From contig CAIJZX010000016.1 in assembly GCA_903825245.1 (NCBI GenBank), positions 66,100 through 130,099 on the forward strand: 64,000 bases of DNA, read 5' to 3'. Origin of the DNA: Candidatus Kerfeldbacteria bacterium. GTDB taxonomy: Bacteria > Patescibacteriota > Patescibacteriia > SBBC01 > CAIJZX01. The position numbers and the translations under genes are program-made. The notes below the pieces were generated by a model. That model was given only the letters and a program-made list of their open reading frames with translations. It was not told the origin of the DNA and did no database searches. Position 1 is the first letter of the stretch, and each line of letters starts with the position of its first letter. Below, piece after piece: positions 1-8,878 of this stretch.

Positions 1-339
1 GTCCGTGAATTACTTAATAGCCATCAAGTTCGACACCAGGTGCAAACCCTACAAAACCAAGTGGCCACCGAACAACACCGGCAGCAGCAATTACAAGATC
101 TCATTGACTACCTGGGCAGTCCGACCTTCCAAGAGCAAGAAGCGCGACTGAAGCTGGGCTTGAAAAAAAACGGTGAACAAGTTATTGTCGTACCACCGAC
201 AAATACGACCACTATAAATTCAGCTAGCACTCAGACATCAACTACTACTGACAGTACTGGCGCACCAATGAGTCATCCGGCAAAGTGGTGGCAATACTTC
301 TTTGGATCTCGACCCTCATCAGCTAATTCAAACACATGA
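1..339 (+). CDS. Septum formation initiator (FtsB/DivIC-like), 5'-partial at window edge
   Basis: The frame is open from base 1. It encodes a Gln-rich coiled coil followed by the EARLKLGLKKNGEQVIVV motif typical of the FtsB/DivIC family. Confidence 0.5.
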   Translation, partial: VRELLNSHQVRHQVQTLQNQVATEQHRQQQLQDLIDYLGSPTFQEQEARLKLGLKKNGEQVIVVPPTNTTTINSASTQTSTTTDSTGAPMSHPAKWWQYFFGSRPSSANSNT

Positions 340-1313
340 CAACGTTACCAATCTCTCCGGAAAAGAAACCCACCCGACACTGGTGGCGGATTTCAATTTT
401 GAGTATTCTCAGTGTTGTCGTCGTTTGGTACATTGTTTTGGGAGTCGGTGTCTATTCTGGAACCTGGCGCGGTGGACGAACGGAATCTGTGCTGCGAATA
501 ACACCGCTACCCGTGGCATTCGTCAAATGGCATCCAATCTGGTATAGCGATTACTTGAACCAGCGAACAGCTGTACAGAAATACACCGCTTATCTCGCAT
601 CGAGCACTTCGAGTGGCACTACAAAACCGACAGACGTTGAACTCACGTCCATGACCTTGAACACACTCATGCGAACTGAGCTCAGCAATCAAATCATGAA
701 GACGCTCAATATTTCGGTTGGTACTTCTGATGTTGATCAGGCTTACCAAACGCAATTACTCCAAAACGGTAACGCCGATCAAGTTGCCAGCACCATTAAA
801 CAATTGTACGGTTGGACCCCGGAACAATTCAAAACCAACGTCGTTCGTCCGGCAGTTGTTCGATCATCGATTCAAGAAAAATTGTCATTCGATACAAAAC
901 TGAGTGCGACAGCAAAAACGCAAGCGGATAAAGTTCTCGCCTTAGTCAAGGCCGATCCGAAAAACTTTAGCGACTTGGCAAAAAAGTATAGCGAAGACAC
1001 CTATGGCGCGAATGGTGGCGATCTTGGTTTCGTCGGCAAGAATGAGCAAGATAAGGCGATCGAAGACGCAGCGTTTGGTTTGGAACTCAACACTATCAGT
1101 GATGTCATCCACACCCAATATGGGTTTCATATTCTTGAAGTCACCGAGAAGAAAACCGTTGACGGAAATGACCAAGTTCATCTCTACATGATTACCGTTT
1201 TAGCACCACAAGTCGACACGTATATTACATCGATTGCTAAAAAAACTTCGACACAGGTGTTTGTCCGCGGTGTTCGTTGGGATACCACAAAAGGTCAGGT
1301 CATCGCTCAGTAA
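336..1313 (+). CDS. Membrane-anchored PpiC/parvulin-type peptidyl-prolyl isomerase (PrsA/SurA-like)
   Basis: N-terminal TM helix. C-terminal parvulin motif YSEDTYGANGGDLGFVGKNE...QYGFHILEV. Confidence 0.75.
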   Translation: MTTLPISPEKKPTRHWWRISILSILSVVVVWYIVLGVGVYSGTWRGGRTESVLRITPLPVAFVKWHPIWYSDYLNQRTAVQKYTAYLASSTSSGTTKPTDVELTSMTLNTLMRTELSNQIMKTLNISVGTSDVDQAYQTQLLQNGNADQVASTIKQLYGWTPEQFKTNVVRPAVVRSSIQEKLSFDTKLSATAKTQADKVLALVKADPKNFSDLAKKYSEDTYGANGGDLGFVGKNEQDKAIEDAAFGLELNTISDVIHTQYGFHILEVTEKKTVDGNDQVHLYMITVLAPQVDTYITSIAKKTSTQVFVRGVRWDTTKGQVIAQ

Positions 1314-1340
1314 CTTCGGAGTACTTATTCTATCCTTACC

Positions 1341-1415
1341 TGGAGCCGGTGGTCGGGATTGAACCGACGACCTCTGCTTTACGAAAGCATTGCTCTACCA
1401 CTGAGCTACACCGGC
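1341..1415 (-). tRNA. tRNA-Thr (anticodon CGT)
   Basis: Reverse complement folds as a cloverleaf: acceptor GCCGGTG/CACCGGC, T-stem GTCGG/CCGAC, anticodon loop TTCGTAA, encoded CCA. A 9-bp inverted repeat TATTCTATC/GATAGAATA flanks it at 1326-1334 and 1425-1433. Confidence 0.85.
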
Positions 1416-1480
1416 CCGGGTCAAGATAGAATAGCGAACGAAACGAAAGCACTTGAAATCAGGGTCAAGGATATCGTATT

Positions 1481-2260
1481 ATGCCTTCTTCGTCAATACA
1501 AATCGCACCCGGAGCACAGCCATTTTTCTTTCCTGGGGATTCAACTGGGATTCTCATTATCCACGGCTACGGCGGATCGATCGGTGATTATCGAGACTTT
1601 GGCAATCAACTACATCGTTTTGGCTATACGGTAATGGGAATGCGTTTAGCTGGACACGGTCAAAACTTGCCCATTCTGAAACAAGCCACAATTGCTGACT
1701 GGCAGCAGTCGGTTGATGAAGCGATCGACCATATACGACAACAATGCCAAAATATTGTTATTGTTGGCTCTTCTTTCGGCGGCGTGTTAGCCCTTGATGC
1801 AGTACGGCGAAAAAAAACGATTCACGGGTTGGTTGTCGTTAATACTGCTTTATCGTATCGCGGCGGGGGAGCGATGCAGGGATTTCTTTTACGGTTACTA
1901 CGGTTGTTTACACCATACTATCCGAAATTCGGGATGAGTGGCGCTGAGCGGCGACGCGGACGTGAAGTTGGTTCCTCACCAGCCTGGCCGATTAACGGCA
2001 TACTCGCAACGGCCAAATTTTCGCGTCAAAATATTATCCCAGTTTTACCGACTATTCAAATACCGGTTCTTATTGTATCCAGTAGCAACGATCCAATCGT
2101 TGGTACAGAAAATGGCTCAGTATTGATCGCCAACCTTGGCTCGACAATTAAATCCACAATCGTTGTGCCTGTAGCAACCCATCGTCCATTTCGTGATATT
2201 GCCGCCACGGCATTTCTTGCTGAACAAACTCATGCCTTTATTCAACAGCATCTTGCTTAG
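1481..2260 (+). CDS. Alpha/beta-hydrolase (carboxylesterase-like)
   Basis: GSSFGG nucleophile elbow (GxSxG), with a predicted Asp/His-containing C-terminus. Esterase/lipase fold. Confidence 0.65.
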   Translation: MPSSSIQIAPGAQPFFFPGDSTGILIIHGYGGSIGDYRDFGNQLHRFGYTVMGMRLAGHGQNLPILKQATIADWQQSVDEAIDHIRQQCQNIVIVGSSFGGVLALDAVRRKKTIHGLVVVNTALSYRGGGAMQGFLLRLLRLFTPYYPKFGMSGAERRRGREVGSSPAWPINGILATAKFSRQNIIPVLPTIQIPVLIVSSSNDPIVGTENGSVLIANLGSTIKSTIVVPVATHRPFRDIAATAFLAEQTHAFIQQHLA

Positions 2261-2394
2261 GAAGTATAATTATGGTACAGTACACCAGATGTTAAAACGA
2301 AAAACAGCACAACTATCTCATCGTGAAAAAGAAACAATGCCAAGCACAAGTTTCCGTTTTTTCACACAATCACAAAAAACAGAATGCAGTGTAT

Positions 2395-2415
2395 TGGAGC
2401 GGGTAGGGGGAATCG
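2395..2415 (-). repeat. 21-nt duplicate of the tRNA-Gly 3' end, including CCA
   Basis: TGGAGCGGGTAGGGGGAATCG is identical to the 3' end of the intact tRNA-Gly 136 bp to the right. The upstream body does not fold as a tRNA: no acceptor 5' strand and a degenerate T-loop. Confidence 0.6.
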
Positions 2416-2550
2416 CTCCCATCGTTTCCTCCAAACTCCGTGAGCCGGGGCTCCGGTCGACTGCCACCGGCAATCGTCCTCGCCCGTTCGATTCCCAAGT
2501 CAAACCGAAAATTTCGCCACAGACAAGCATGTTTAGTGAACAAAATATTG

Positions 2551-2624
2551 TGGAGCGGGTAGGGGGAATCGAACCCCCGACTAAACCTTGGGAAGGTCTC
2601 GTTTTACCACTAAACCATACCCGC
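2551..2624 (-). tRNA. tRNA-Gly (anticodon CCC)
   Basis: Cloverleaf: acceptor GCGGGTA/TACCCGC, D-stem GTTT/AAAC, anticodon stem AGACC/GGTTT with loop TTCCCAA, T-stem GGGGG/CCCCC, CCA encoded. Confidence 0.85.
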
Positions 2625-2647
2625 CGACGTCTCGGAGTATACGGATT

Positions 2648-4220
2648 GATGGCACTCTTGGCAAGCCTCATCTTATCTGTTACGCCTGTATTTGCGGACA
2701 ACGCCACGGTGACGACGCATTTTGATGATTCATTAGTTGCGAATGGCTGGACATTGCGATTACCTAACGGAGCGAACGCCACAGTGTTTCCCGGCGTCCT
2801 ACCAAATGCGGCTGATGTTACCTGGTCAGTCAGTTTTGACGCGACACCAACGCTACCGGTAAAAACCGGCCAACTTGGATCGCTCTATCGATTAACTGTC
2901 ACTGGAGCCTCAAGTCTTATAACCACCAAATATAAAATTGCTATCGCCGTGCCGGACGTGACTAGTTACTGGGGTCATGCGTTATGGTATTACGATATAT
3001 CAACAAAAAATTGGACGCAATTATCTACCAAGCTCAATGCCACCACCGGCAAACTTCAAGCTGGCGTAATCAGTCTTGATGGCTATGTCACGATTCTCGA
3101 GGACCATGCCGTCGAAATCGGTAACGCTAGCTGGTACTGCCGCACAAGCTGTTCAAAAAAATATCCAAAACTCCACGCCACCTCCAACGATTTTCCAGTC
3201 GGATCAAAAGTAGTCGTTACCAATCCGACTAATGGGAAATCGGTCACCGTCACCGTCGTGTCAAAGTGGGGTCAGCCGGCTGGTCGTATTATTGATCTTT
3301 CCGGCGCCGCTTATGACGCGCTCAAGCCGACAAACAAAGGTGTTACGCTAGTTCATGTTAGCCTACCATCGGCGATAGTAGTTACGACCCCAAAAACTAC
3401 TCCCGCAACGACACCTGCCGAAACAATTGCCTCACTGACTCCGGTAAAAACCGGTTCGACTGACATTCCTAGCGTCGCCGGAACCGAATACTACGTTATG
3501 GATCAGGGCACAGGTACAGTCTTAGCGTCAAAGAATAGTGCGGCCGCCACGTCGATTGCGAGTCTGACCAAACTGATGACGGCCATGGTGGTTCTCGACA
3601 CTAATCCCGATCTCACGAAAACCGTAACATATTCAAAGGCCGATGTGACCAGCTATGCCTATCTTCGGGTGAATGTCGGCGACAAACTCACCGTCAAAGA
3701 CCTCTTGTTTTCCATGATTGTCGGTTCAGCGAATAATGCCGCGACCGCACTCGTTCGATCAACCGGTATGACCCGTCCACAATTCGTGGCCGCGATGAAC
3801 GCAAAAGCAACGGTTCTTGGTATGACCTCCACGCATTTTGTCGACGTTAACGGACTTGATCCAAATAATGTATCTTCAGCGGCTGATGTAGCAATCATGG
3901 CCGGTCACGCCTTCCACGATTATCCGACTCTACGGAAAGCCGCCGTTGCAACCTCGTACGTCTTTACGACCATCAATACAAAGGTCAAGCACACGCTGTT
4001 AACGACTGATAAAAATCTTCTGAAAAGTGGTTCGCTGGTCATTACCGGTGGAAAAACTGGCTTTCTCAATGAGGCTCAGTATACCTACGCCATGCGAGTG
4101 AAAAATACACAAGGCGCACAAGTCATCGTCGTCATTCTCGGTTCACCGACTACCACCCAGCGCTTTGCCGATGCGGTAAAATTAGCGAACTGGAGCTGGA
4201 ACACCTATAGTTGGAAATAA
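2648..4220 (+). CDS. Fusion protein: signal peptide, RlpA-like DPBB domain and D-Ala-D-Ala carboxypeptidase (PBP5/S11)
   Basis: Start placed at MALLASLILSVTPVFA (signal peptide); the upstream part of the listed ORF reads through two tRNA sequences. DPBB motifs ASWYC...VVVTNPTNGKSVTVTVV...GRIIDLSGAAYDAL. S11 motifs SLTK, SAN and KTG (ITGGKTG). Confidence 0.75.
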
Positions 4221-4226
4221 TCTTCT

Positions 4227-4907
4227 ATGGTCACCCTCGAACATGTCAGTAAGCACTACCAACGAAAGAACGTCGGTTTGGAAGACGTCTCGCTACAAAT
4301 TTTACCCGGTGAGTTTGTTTCGATTGTCGGTCAGTCCGGTTCAGGGAAAACAACGTTAGCAAAATTGATTATCGCTGAGGAACGTCCGGAACGTGGACGT
4401 ATCGTCATTGGTGGCTGGGATATTACCCGCATTAAATACGGCGAAATACCCACACTTCGGCGGCAAATCGGGGTGGTTTTTCAGGATTTTAAACTTTTAC
4501 CGCGAAAGACAATATTTGAAAACGTTGCTTTCGCTCTGGAAGTTGCCGGGGAATCGAATGCTCGAATTTCTTCGGTTGTTGCACAGGTGCTGAAAATTGT
4601 CGGTTTGGAGAAAAAAATGGATCGCTATCCCGACCAAATTTCAGGCGGCGAACAACAACGCGTCGTGATCGCCCGAGCGCTTGTCCATCGACCAAAATTA
4701 TTTGTGGCCGATGAACCAACTGGCAATCTTGATTCAATTAACGCCCAGGAAATTATTTCCTTGCTGCAAAAAATTAACGAGTTTGGCACCACGGTCGTTC
4801 TTGTGACCCACAACCGCGAGATTGTGAACATGCTGAAGAAGCGCGTGGTTACACTTGATCATGGGCACATTATCGCTGATCAGAAAGCTGGCAAATACCT
4901 CCTGTAA
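4227..4907 (+). CDS. ftsE: Cell-division ABC ATPase FtsE
   Basis: Walker [12 protein letters not shown] signature LSGGEQQR, Walker B FVADE. Adjacent to ftsX. Confidence 0.9.
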   Translation: MVTLEHVSKHYQRKNVGLEDVSLQILPGEFVSIVGQSGSGKTTLAKLIIAEERPERGRIVIGGWDITRIKYGEIPTLRRQIGVVFQDFKLLPRKTIFENVAFALEVAGESNARISSVVAQVLKIVGLEKKMDRYPDQISGGEQQRVVIARALVHRPKLFVADEPTGNLDSINAQEIISLLQKINEFGTTVVLVTHNREIVNMLKKRVVTLDHGHIIADQKAGKYLL

Positions 4908-4982
4908 TCCCGTTAGAGCGCCCTATATGTCCTTCACTTTGATGAACCAATCACAATCTCAATTTCTTAACGCTCTAATGAG
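4908..4982 (+). repeat. CCCGTTAGA-family palindromic bridge element (a), between the ftsE stop and the ftsX ATG
   Basis: Arms CCCGTTAGAGCG (4909-4920) and CGCTCTAATGAG (4971-4982) pair 12/13 in the sense RNA including one G-U. The right arm ends directly at the ftsX ATG. Confidence 0.55.
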
Positions 4983-5894
4983 ATGATTACACTGTGGCGG
5001 ATGATTAAATTCGGTTTTCAAGGCTTTGGCCGAAATATTTGGTTATCGGTCGTCACGATTCTCATTGTCGTGCTCAATCTTTTTTTGATGAGTCTGGTGT
5101 CGGGATTGAACGTCGTTGGCCAACAAACACTGACCGCCGTTCGTCAGAAGGTGAACCTATCCGTGTATTTCACGACCACCACGACCGAAGATCGCGTAAA
5201 ACAAGTGCAACAAGATTTGAAAAAATTACCGCAAGTACAATCTATCCGTTACATTAGCCCAGCTGAACATCTTGATGCCTTGAAAAAAGCCAAGGGTGAT
5301 GTGGTCGTCAATGCGATTGCGACGTTAGGAGAAAACCCCTTAGGTGCCGGACTCGTCATATCTGCCACCTCGCTTGATGGCTACACCGCGATTGCTCAAG
5401 CCTTAAAATCTCCGACATATTCCACGATCATTGAAAATACCGGCAATGACTTTTCAACAAATCAATCAATCATCAGCAAACTATCAACGATTGTTGGTCG
5501 TGTCCGTGTCGCTACATATTGGCTGACCGGACTATTTGCCTTTATAGCTATACTCATGGTCTTTAACACCATTCGCGTGGCAATATATTCGCAACGTGAA
5601 GAAATAGCCATCATGAAACTCGTCGGCGCCTCGGATCAATTCGTCCGCGGACCGTTCTTTGTGTCAAGCTTACTCTATGGCATCTTCGCCGGCGTGATCG
5701 TGACCGCCATCCTTGTGCCGCTGCTGACTGTGCTCAATCCGAAATTGCAAATTTTCTTCGCTGGCTACGACATCAACGTCCTTGGCTATGTCCGGGCGAA
5801 CTTATGGGCGATTCTCGGACTTGAAGTTGGTGTTGGTTGTCTGCTTTCTGGATTATCATCGACGCTCGCCATCGGTCGGTACTTGCGCGTGTAA
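4983..5894 (+). CDS. ftsX: Cell-division permease FtsX
   Basis: N-terminal TM, large periplasmic loop, three C-terminal TM helices. Typical FtsX size and position after ftsE. Confidence 0.85.
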   Translation: MITLWRMIKFGFQGFGRNIWLSVVTILIVVLNLFLMSLVSGLNVVGQQTLTAVRQKVNLSVYFTTTTTEDRVKQVQQDLKKLPQVQSIRYISPAEHLDALKKAKGDVVVNAIATLGENPLGAGLVISATSLDGYTAIAQALKSPTYSTIIENTGNDFSTNQSIISKLSTIVGRVRVATYWLTGLFAFIAILMVFNTIRVAIYSQREEIAIMKLVGASDQFVRGPFFVSSLLYGIFAGVIVTAILVPLLTVLNPKLQIFFAGYDINVLGYVRANLWAILGLEVGVGCLLSGLSSTLAIGRYLRV

Positions 5895-5895
5895 C

Positions 5896-6217
5896 TATGG
5901 CCAAACGCAAACAGGATTTGTATGAATCGCTGGACGTCGATACAGTTGATACTCCGGCGGCTAAACAAGTATCGGCTTTTTGTATCTACATTATGCGCAG
6001 TAAAAAAGATGGCCGGCTGTACATCGGTAGCGGCGTTAATGCCGATGAATGCGTGAAACGCCACAACTTCGGCGACTACCGAGCAACCAATGGCCAGCGC
6101 CCATGGAAGCTCATCTACCACGAAGGATTCGCCACCAAACCGGAAGCGGTGAAACGTGAATGGTTCCTCAAGAGCAACGAAGGAAAAGTCTTCGTTGATA
6201 GTTTACATATTAAATAA
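5896..6217 (+). CDS. Small GIY-YIG nuclease-family protein
   Basis: FCIYIMRSKKDGRLYIGSGVNADECVKRHN...EAVKREWFLK matches the GIY-YIG (UPF0213-like) fold. Start moved to the first ATG after the ftsX stop. Confidence 0.65.
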
Positions 6218-6293
6218 CGACACCTTTAGCCAGGTATTTGATACTACCGGGTCTTGATTTAGCATATACGCCGTGGTACACTGGCCGACGTAT

Positions 6294-6367
6294 TCGGGGA
6301 TCGTCTAATGGTAGGACAGCGGCCTTTGAAGCCGTCGATCGGGGTTCGAGTCCCTGTCCCCGAGCCA
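6294..6367 (+). tRNA. tRNA-Gln (anticodon TTG)
   Basis: Acceptor TCGGGGA/TCCCCGA, anticodon stem GCGGC/GCCGT with loop CTTTGAA, T-stem CGGGG/CCCTG with TTCGAGT loop, CCA encoded. Confidence 0.8.
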
Positions 6368-6377
6368 AAAAAATATT

Positions 6378-6455
6378 ATGAGTCGCATCGCCATCATTAT
6401 TATCGCCGCTATGATTATCATCATTGTGGTGTATTTGCTGACGAATCCAAAATAG
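6378..6455 (+). CDS. 25-aa hydrophobic, Ile-rich mini-ORF (MSRIAIIIIAAMIIIIVVYLLTNPK)
   Basis: ATG 10 nt after the tRNA-Gln. No obvious Shine-Dalgarno. A single predicted TM helix. Its 3' end overlaps copy 1 of the 33-bp repeat. Confidence 0.25.
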   Translation: MSRIAIIIIAAMIIIIVVYLLTNPK

Positions 6456-6475
6456 CATTCGATTGGGTGAGGAGG
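6443..6475 (+). repeat. 33-bp direct repeat, copy 1 (GAATCCAAAATAGCATTCGATTGGGTGAGGAGG)
   Basis: 32/33 identical to the copy at 8727-8759. The two copies bracket the beta-helix protein gene. Confidence 0.8.
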
Positions 6476-6521
6476 AGGCATGTGCCATCGACGGCATGGT
6501 AGTTCGATTTTTCGTTAATCG

Positions 6522-8717
6522 ATGATTCAGATACGAACCTTGTTTCCTGATTGGTTTGTATGGTGTATCATCTACATGCATCATATGAAGCACTTAGAAA
6601 CAACAAATCCGACCACCGTCCGCAATCGGTTTACCCTGGCAATCCGGGTGTTTTTCATTGCCACGCTAACATTGAGTAGTGGATCAATTATCCTGGCGGT
6701 TGCACTTATGGTCGCATCGCCTAATGGCGACGGCGGAAGTGGCGGACCGTGTAATGTTCAGATTACCAGTTTGCCGTATAATCTGAATGCAACCGGAAAA
6801 GTTTATTGCCTGGCCAAAAACATTACTGTTACTGCCGCAGCATCAGACTTTACGTTTACCGCTGATAATATCACACTCGATGGTCAGGGATATACTGTTT
6901 CGAGTACGGGTGCGGGTACGAGTAAGATTACTCTATCTGGTCGCCGCCACGTCATCATCAAAGCCCTGACCATTCCTAATGATATTTCGATAACGAATGG
7001 TGACCATAATCAAATACTCAATACCCACAATAGTGGGTTAACAATGACTACCACGAACGACAATACCATTTCGGGGAATACCGTCAATATTCCGGCGGGT
7101 GGTTATGCTGCCCTTCAATTGTCAGGCATCGATAGCAAGTACATTGAAGGCAACACCATTGTCGGGAATACGTTCGGCCAATCATCGACCGGCTACTCTG
7201 ATATGCGTTTTATCCGGATATACTGTGCGCGGAATAATCTCTTTGAGGCCAATACCGTGACCATGACCGGTGGTGGGAATATTATGCAGGCGCATTACGC
7301 GTTTTTTAATACGTTCAAGAATAATATCTATACCGTCAACTACCCGATCACCACGAACGACGGTAGTGAACGATACGGTTGGTACATCCGCGATGGATCA
7401 TCCTATAATACGTTCATTGGTAACACCGTACGTTCCAATCAAGTAGCCGCCCGCATTGGCGGGCCAGGCAATGTAACGGTGCCGTGGGGGCACGATAATC
7501 TGCTGAAAGGGAATAGCTTTTATGGTGGTCTACCGGTATTAGTACCGGGAAAGGCCGATGTTCTATTGCCGACCGCATCGGTTCTAGCACACGACACGAC
7601 GACCGGTAATGATACCTTCGACCATAACCTTTTTTACGCCTATCAAACGGATACAGCAGCGGTGCAAATAGGAGTCGGTGACGTAGGTGCGCCGCCGACG
7701 TATTTTACCAACAATACCATCTACGCCAGACAGGGCACAGGTCTTCGCATTGAAGGATCTGGCAAGGTGTCTAGCCGAAATAATTTGTTTTACAGTTTTG
7801 ATAGCCCCGCTATGTATCTTAAGGACAACGATACCTCGACATATCAAGGGGATAATAACTTATATTGGCAGGTTGGGTCGACCAAGCCGATTACTTGGCA
7901 GCGTAGTTGCTGCGGTCCACAGATCGTGTCCGTACAAACTTTCCGTACTGATAGTGCTAATGCCGGCAAGGATCAAAATTCACTCGGCACAGACCCCTTG
8001 CTGGATCAGACGAACTACACATCACTCGGCTCAGCCAGTCCCGCGATAGATGCTGGTAACCATGCCATTCCGCCGTCGCCGTACGGAGGACCATATATTG
8101 ATATCGGAAAATTCGAATATCCAAAAAATACAGCTCCCGACGTGACACCGCCGACCCTGACTGTTGTCTACCCTGACTTGAATACTCGTTCAACTCCCGC
8201 CGGTCGGTATATTTCATCAACCGGTTTGATAGCCGGCTTGGCTCGCGATAATGGCGACGTCAAGCAGGTGCGAGTGGAGATTGATGGCCGTTGGTATACA
8301 GCCTTAGGAACGAACAGCTGGGGATTATCACTACGGAATGTCTCATTGACGACACTAGCGACACACAACCTGATTGTCCAGGCCATCGATGCCGCCGGAA
8401 ATGCAACCACGAGTCCGGCCATGTCTTTTGTGATCGATGATACACCGCCGACCGGATCAATTACCACCCCAACTACCCCAGCCCTATCAGGGGATGGCAC
8501 CATGTCGGCAGGGGCTAGCGATGCTATTGGAATTGCCTCAGTGCAATTCCATCTTGATGATAATCCGGTCGGCTTCGTTGATTATGATGCGCCATACAGT
8601 GGGGTGACCAATACTAGGATTTATTCCAATGGCACGCATCGGCTGAGCGCCACCATTATGGATACCGCCGGTAATTTCTTCGTCACGCCAACAGTTGTAA
8701 TCACGATTACAAACTAA
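6522..8717 (+). CDS. Large secreted/surface protein with right-handed parallel beta-helix repeats and C-terminal Ig-like domains
   Basis: N-terminal hydrophobic segment. Repeated NxxISGNTV / IVGNTF / NNIYT beta-helix motifs across about 400 aa. C-terminal Thr/Pro linker and Big-like domains. The start may be at 6576 or 6585. Confidence 0.6.
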   Translation: MIQIRTLFPDWFVWCIIYMHHMKHLETTNPTTVRNRFTLAIRVFFIATLTLSSGSIILAVALMVASPNGDGGSGGPCNVQITSLPYNLNATGKVYCLAKNITVTAAASDFTFTADNITLDGQGYTVSSTGAGTSKITLSGRRHVIIKALTIPNDISITNGDHNQILNTHNSGLTMTTTNDNTISGNTVNIPAGGYAALQLSGIDSKYIEGNTIVGNTFGQSSTGYSDMRFIRIYCARNNLFEANTVTMTGGGNIMQAHYAFFNTFKNNIYTVNYPITTNDGSERYGWYIRDGSSYNTFIGNTVRSNQVAARIGGPGNVTVPWGHDNLLKGNSFYGGLPVLVPGKADVLLPTASVLAHDTTTGNDTFDHNLFYAYQTDTAAVQIGVGDVGAPPTYFTNNTIYARQGTGLRIEGSGKVSSRNNLFYSFDSPAMYLKDNDTSTYQGDNNLYWQVGSTKPITWQRSCCGPQIVSVQTFRTDSANAGKDQNSLGTDPLLDQTNYTSLGSASPAIDAGNHAIPPSPYGGPYIDIGKFEYPKNTAPDVTPPTLTVVYPDLNTRSTPAGRYISSTGLIAGLARDNGDVKQVRVEIDGRWYTALGTNSWGLSLRNVSLTTLATHNLIVQAIDAAGNATTSPAMSFVIDDTPPTGSITTPTTPALSGDGTMSAGASDAIGIASVQFHLDDNPVGFVDYDAPYSGVTNTRIYSNGTHRLSATIMDTAGNFFVTPTVVITITN

Positions 8718-8726
8718 CGGCCAACG

Positions 8727-8759
8727 GAATCCAAAATAACATTCGATTGGGTGAGGAGG
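8727..8759 (+). repeat. 33-bp direct repeat, copy 2
   Basis: GAATCCAAAATAACATTCGATTGGGTGAGGAGG lies immediately after the beta-helix gene stop. It contains a -35-like TTGGGT, which with TATAGT (8770-8775) at 17-bp spacing forms a plausible promoter for the antiporter gene. Confidence 0.8.
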
Positions 8760-8775
8760 GGATTTGTGCTATAGT
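8744..8775 (+). promoter_or_regulatory. Putative sigma70-like promoter (TTGGGT-17-TATAGT) for the antiporter gene
   Basis: Hexamers read directly from the sequence. A local palindrome TGTGC-TATAGTAT-GCACA overlaps the -10. Confidence 0.35.
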
Positions 8776-8798
8776 ATGCACAAAGACCAACACTCATT

Positions 8799-8878
8799 CA
8801 TCCCGTTAGAGCGCACCATGCTCAAACCACAAACGAAAATAAACCTACAATGTAACGACGTGCCACTCTAACGGGATG
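8799..8878 (+). repeat. CCCGTTAGA-family palindromic bridge element (b) in the antiporter 5' leader
   Basis: Perfect 13-bp inverted repeat CATCCCGTTAGAG (8799-8811) / CTCTAACGGGATG (8866-8878). The right arm contains the antiporter ATG at 8876-8878. Confidence 0.6.

Noticed and set aside
1359-1634. The 91-aa ORF overlapping the tRNA-Thr.
   Set aside because: It is translated across a tRNA gene on the opposite strand and overlaps the esterase start, so it is an ORF-finder artefact.
2395-2490. A second functional tRNA, or a tmRNA, sharing its 3' end with tRNA-Gly.
   Set aside because: No 5' acceptor strand complementary to TACCCGC exists within 100 nt, and the T-loop is degenerate (GGGAG-CGATT-CCCCC). 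Only the terminal 21 nt match. The intergenic space of about 390 bp is too short and lacks tmRNA-like 5' GGGG and resume-codon features.
2193-2647. The N-terminal 150 aa of the listed 675-aa ORF, extending the carboxypeptidase gene.
   Set aside because: That stretch is the read-through translation of two minus-strand tRNA sequences and an AT-rich spacer. The real gene starts at the signal-peptide ATG at 2648.
6378-6455. The Ile-rich mini-ORF as an attenuator leader peptide for isoleucine biosynthesis.
   Set aside because: The downstream gene is a secreted beta-helix protein and no amino-acid biosynthesis genes are nearby. There is no terminator/antiterminator pair.
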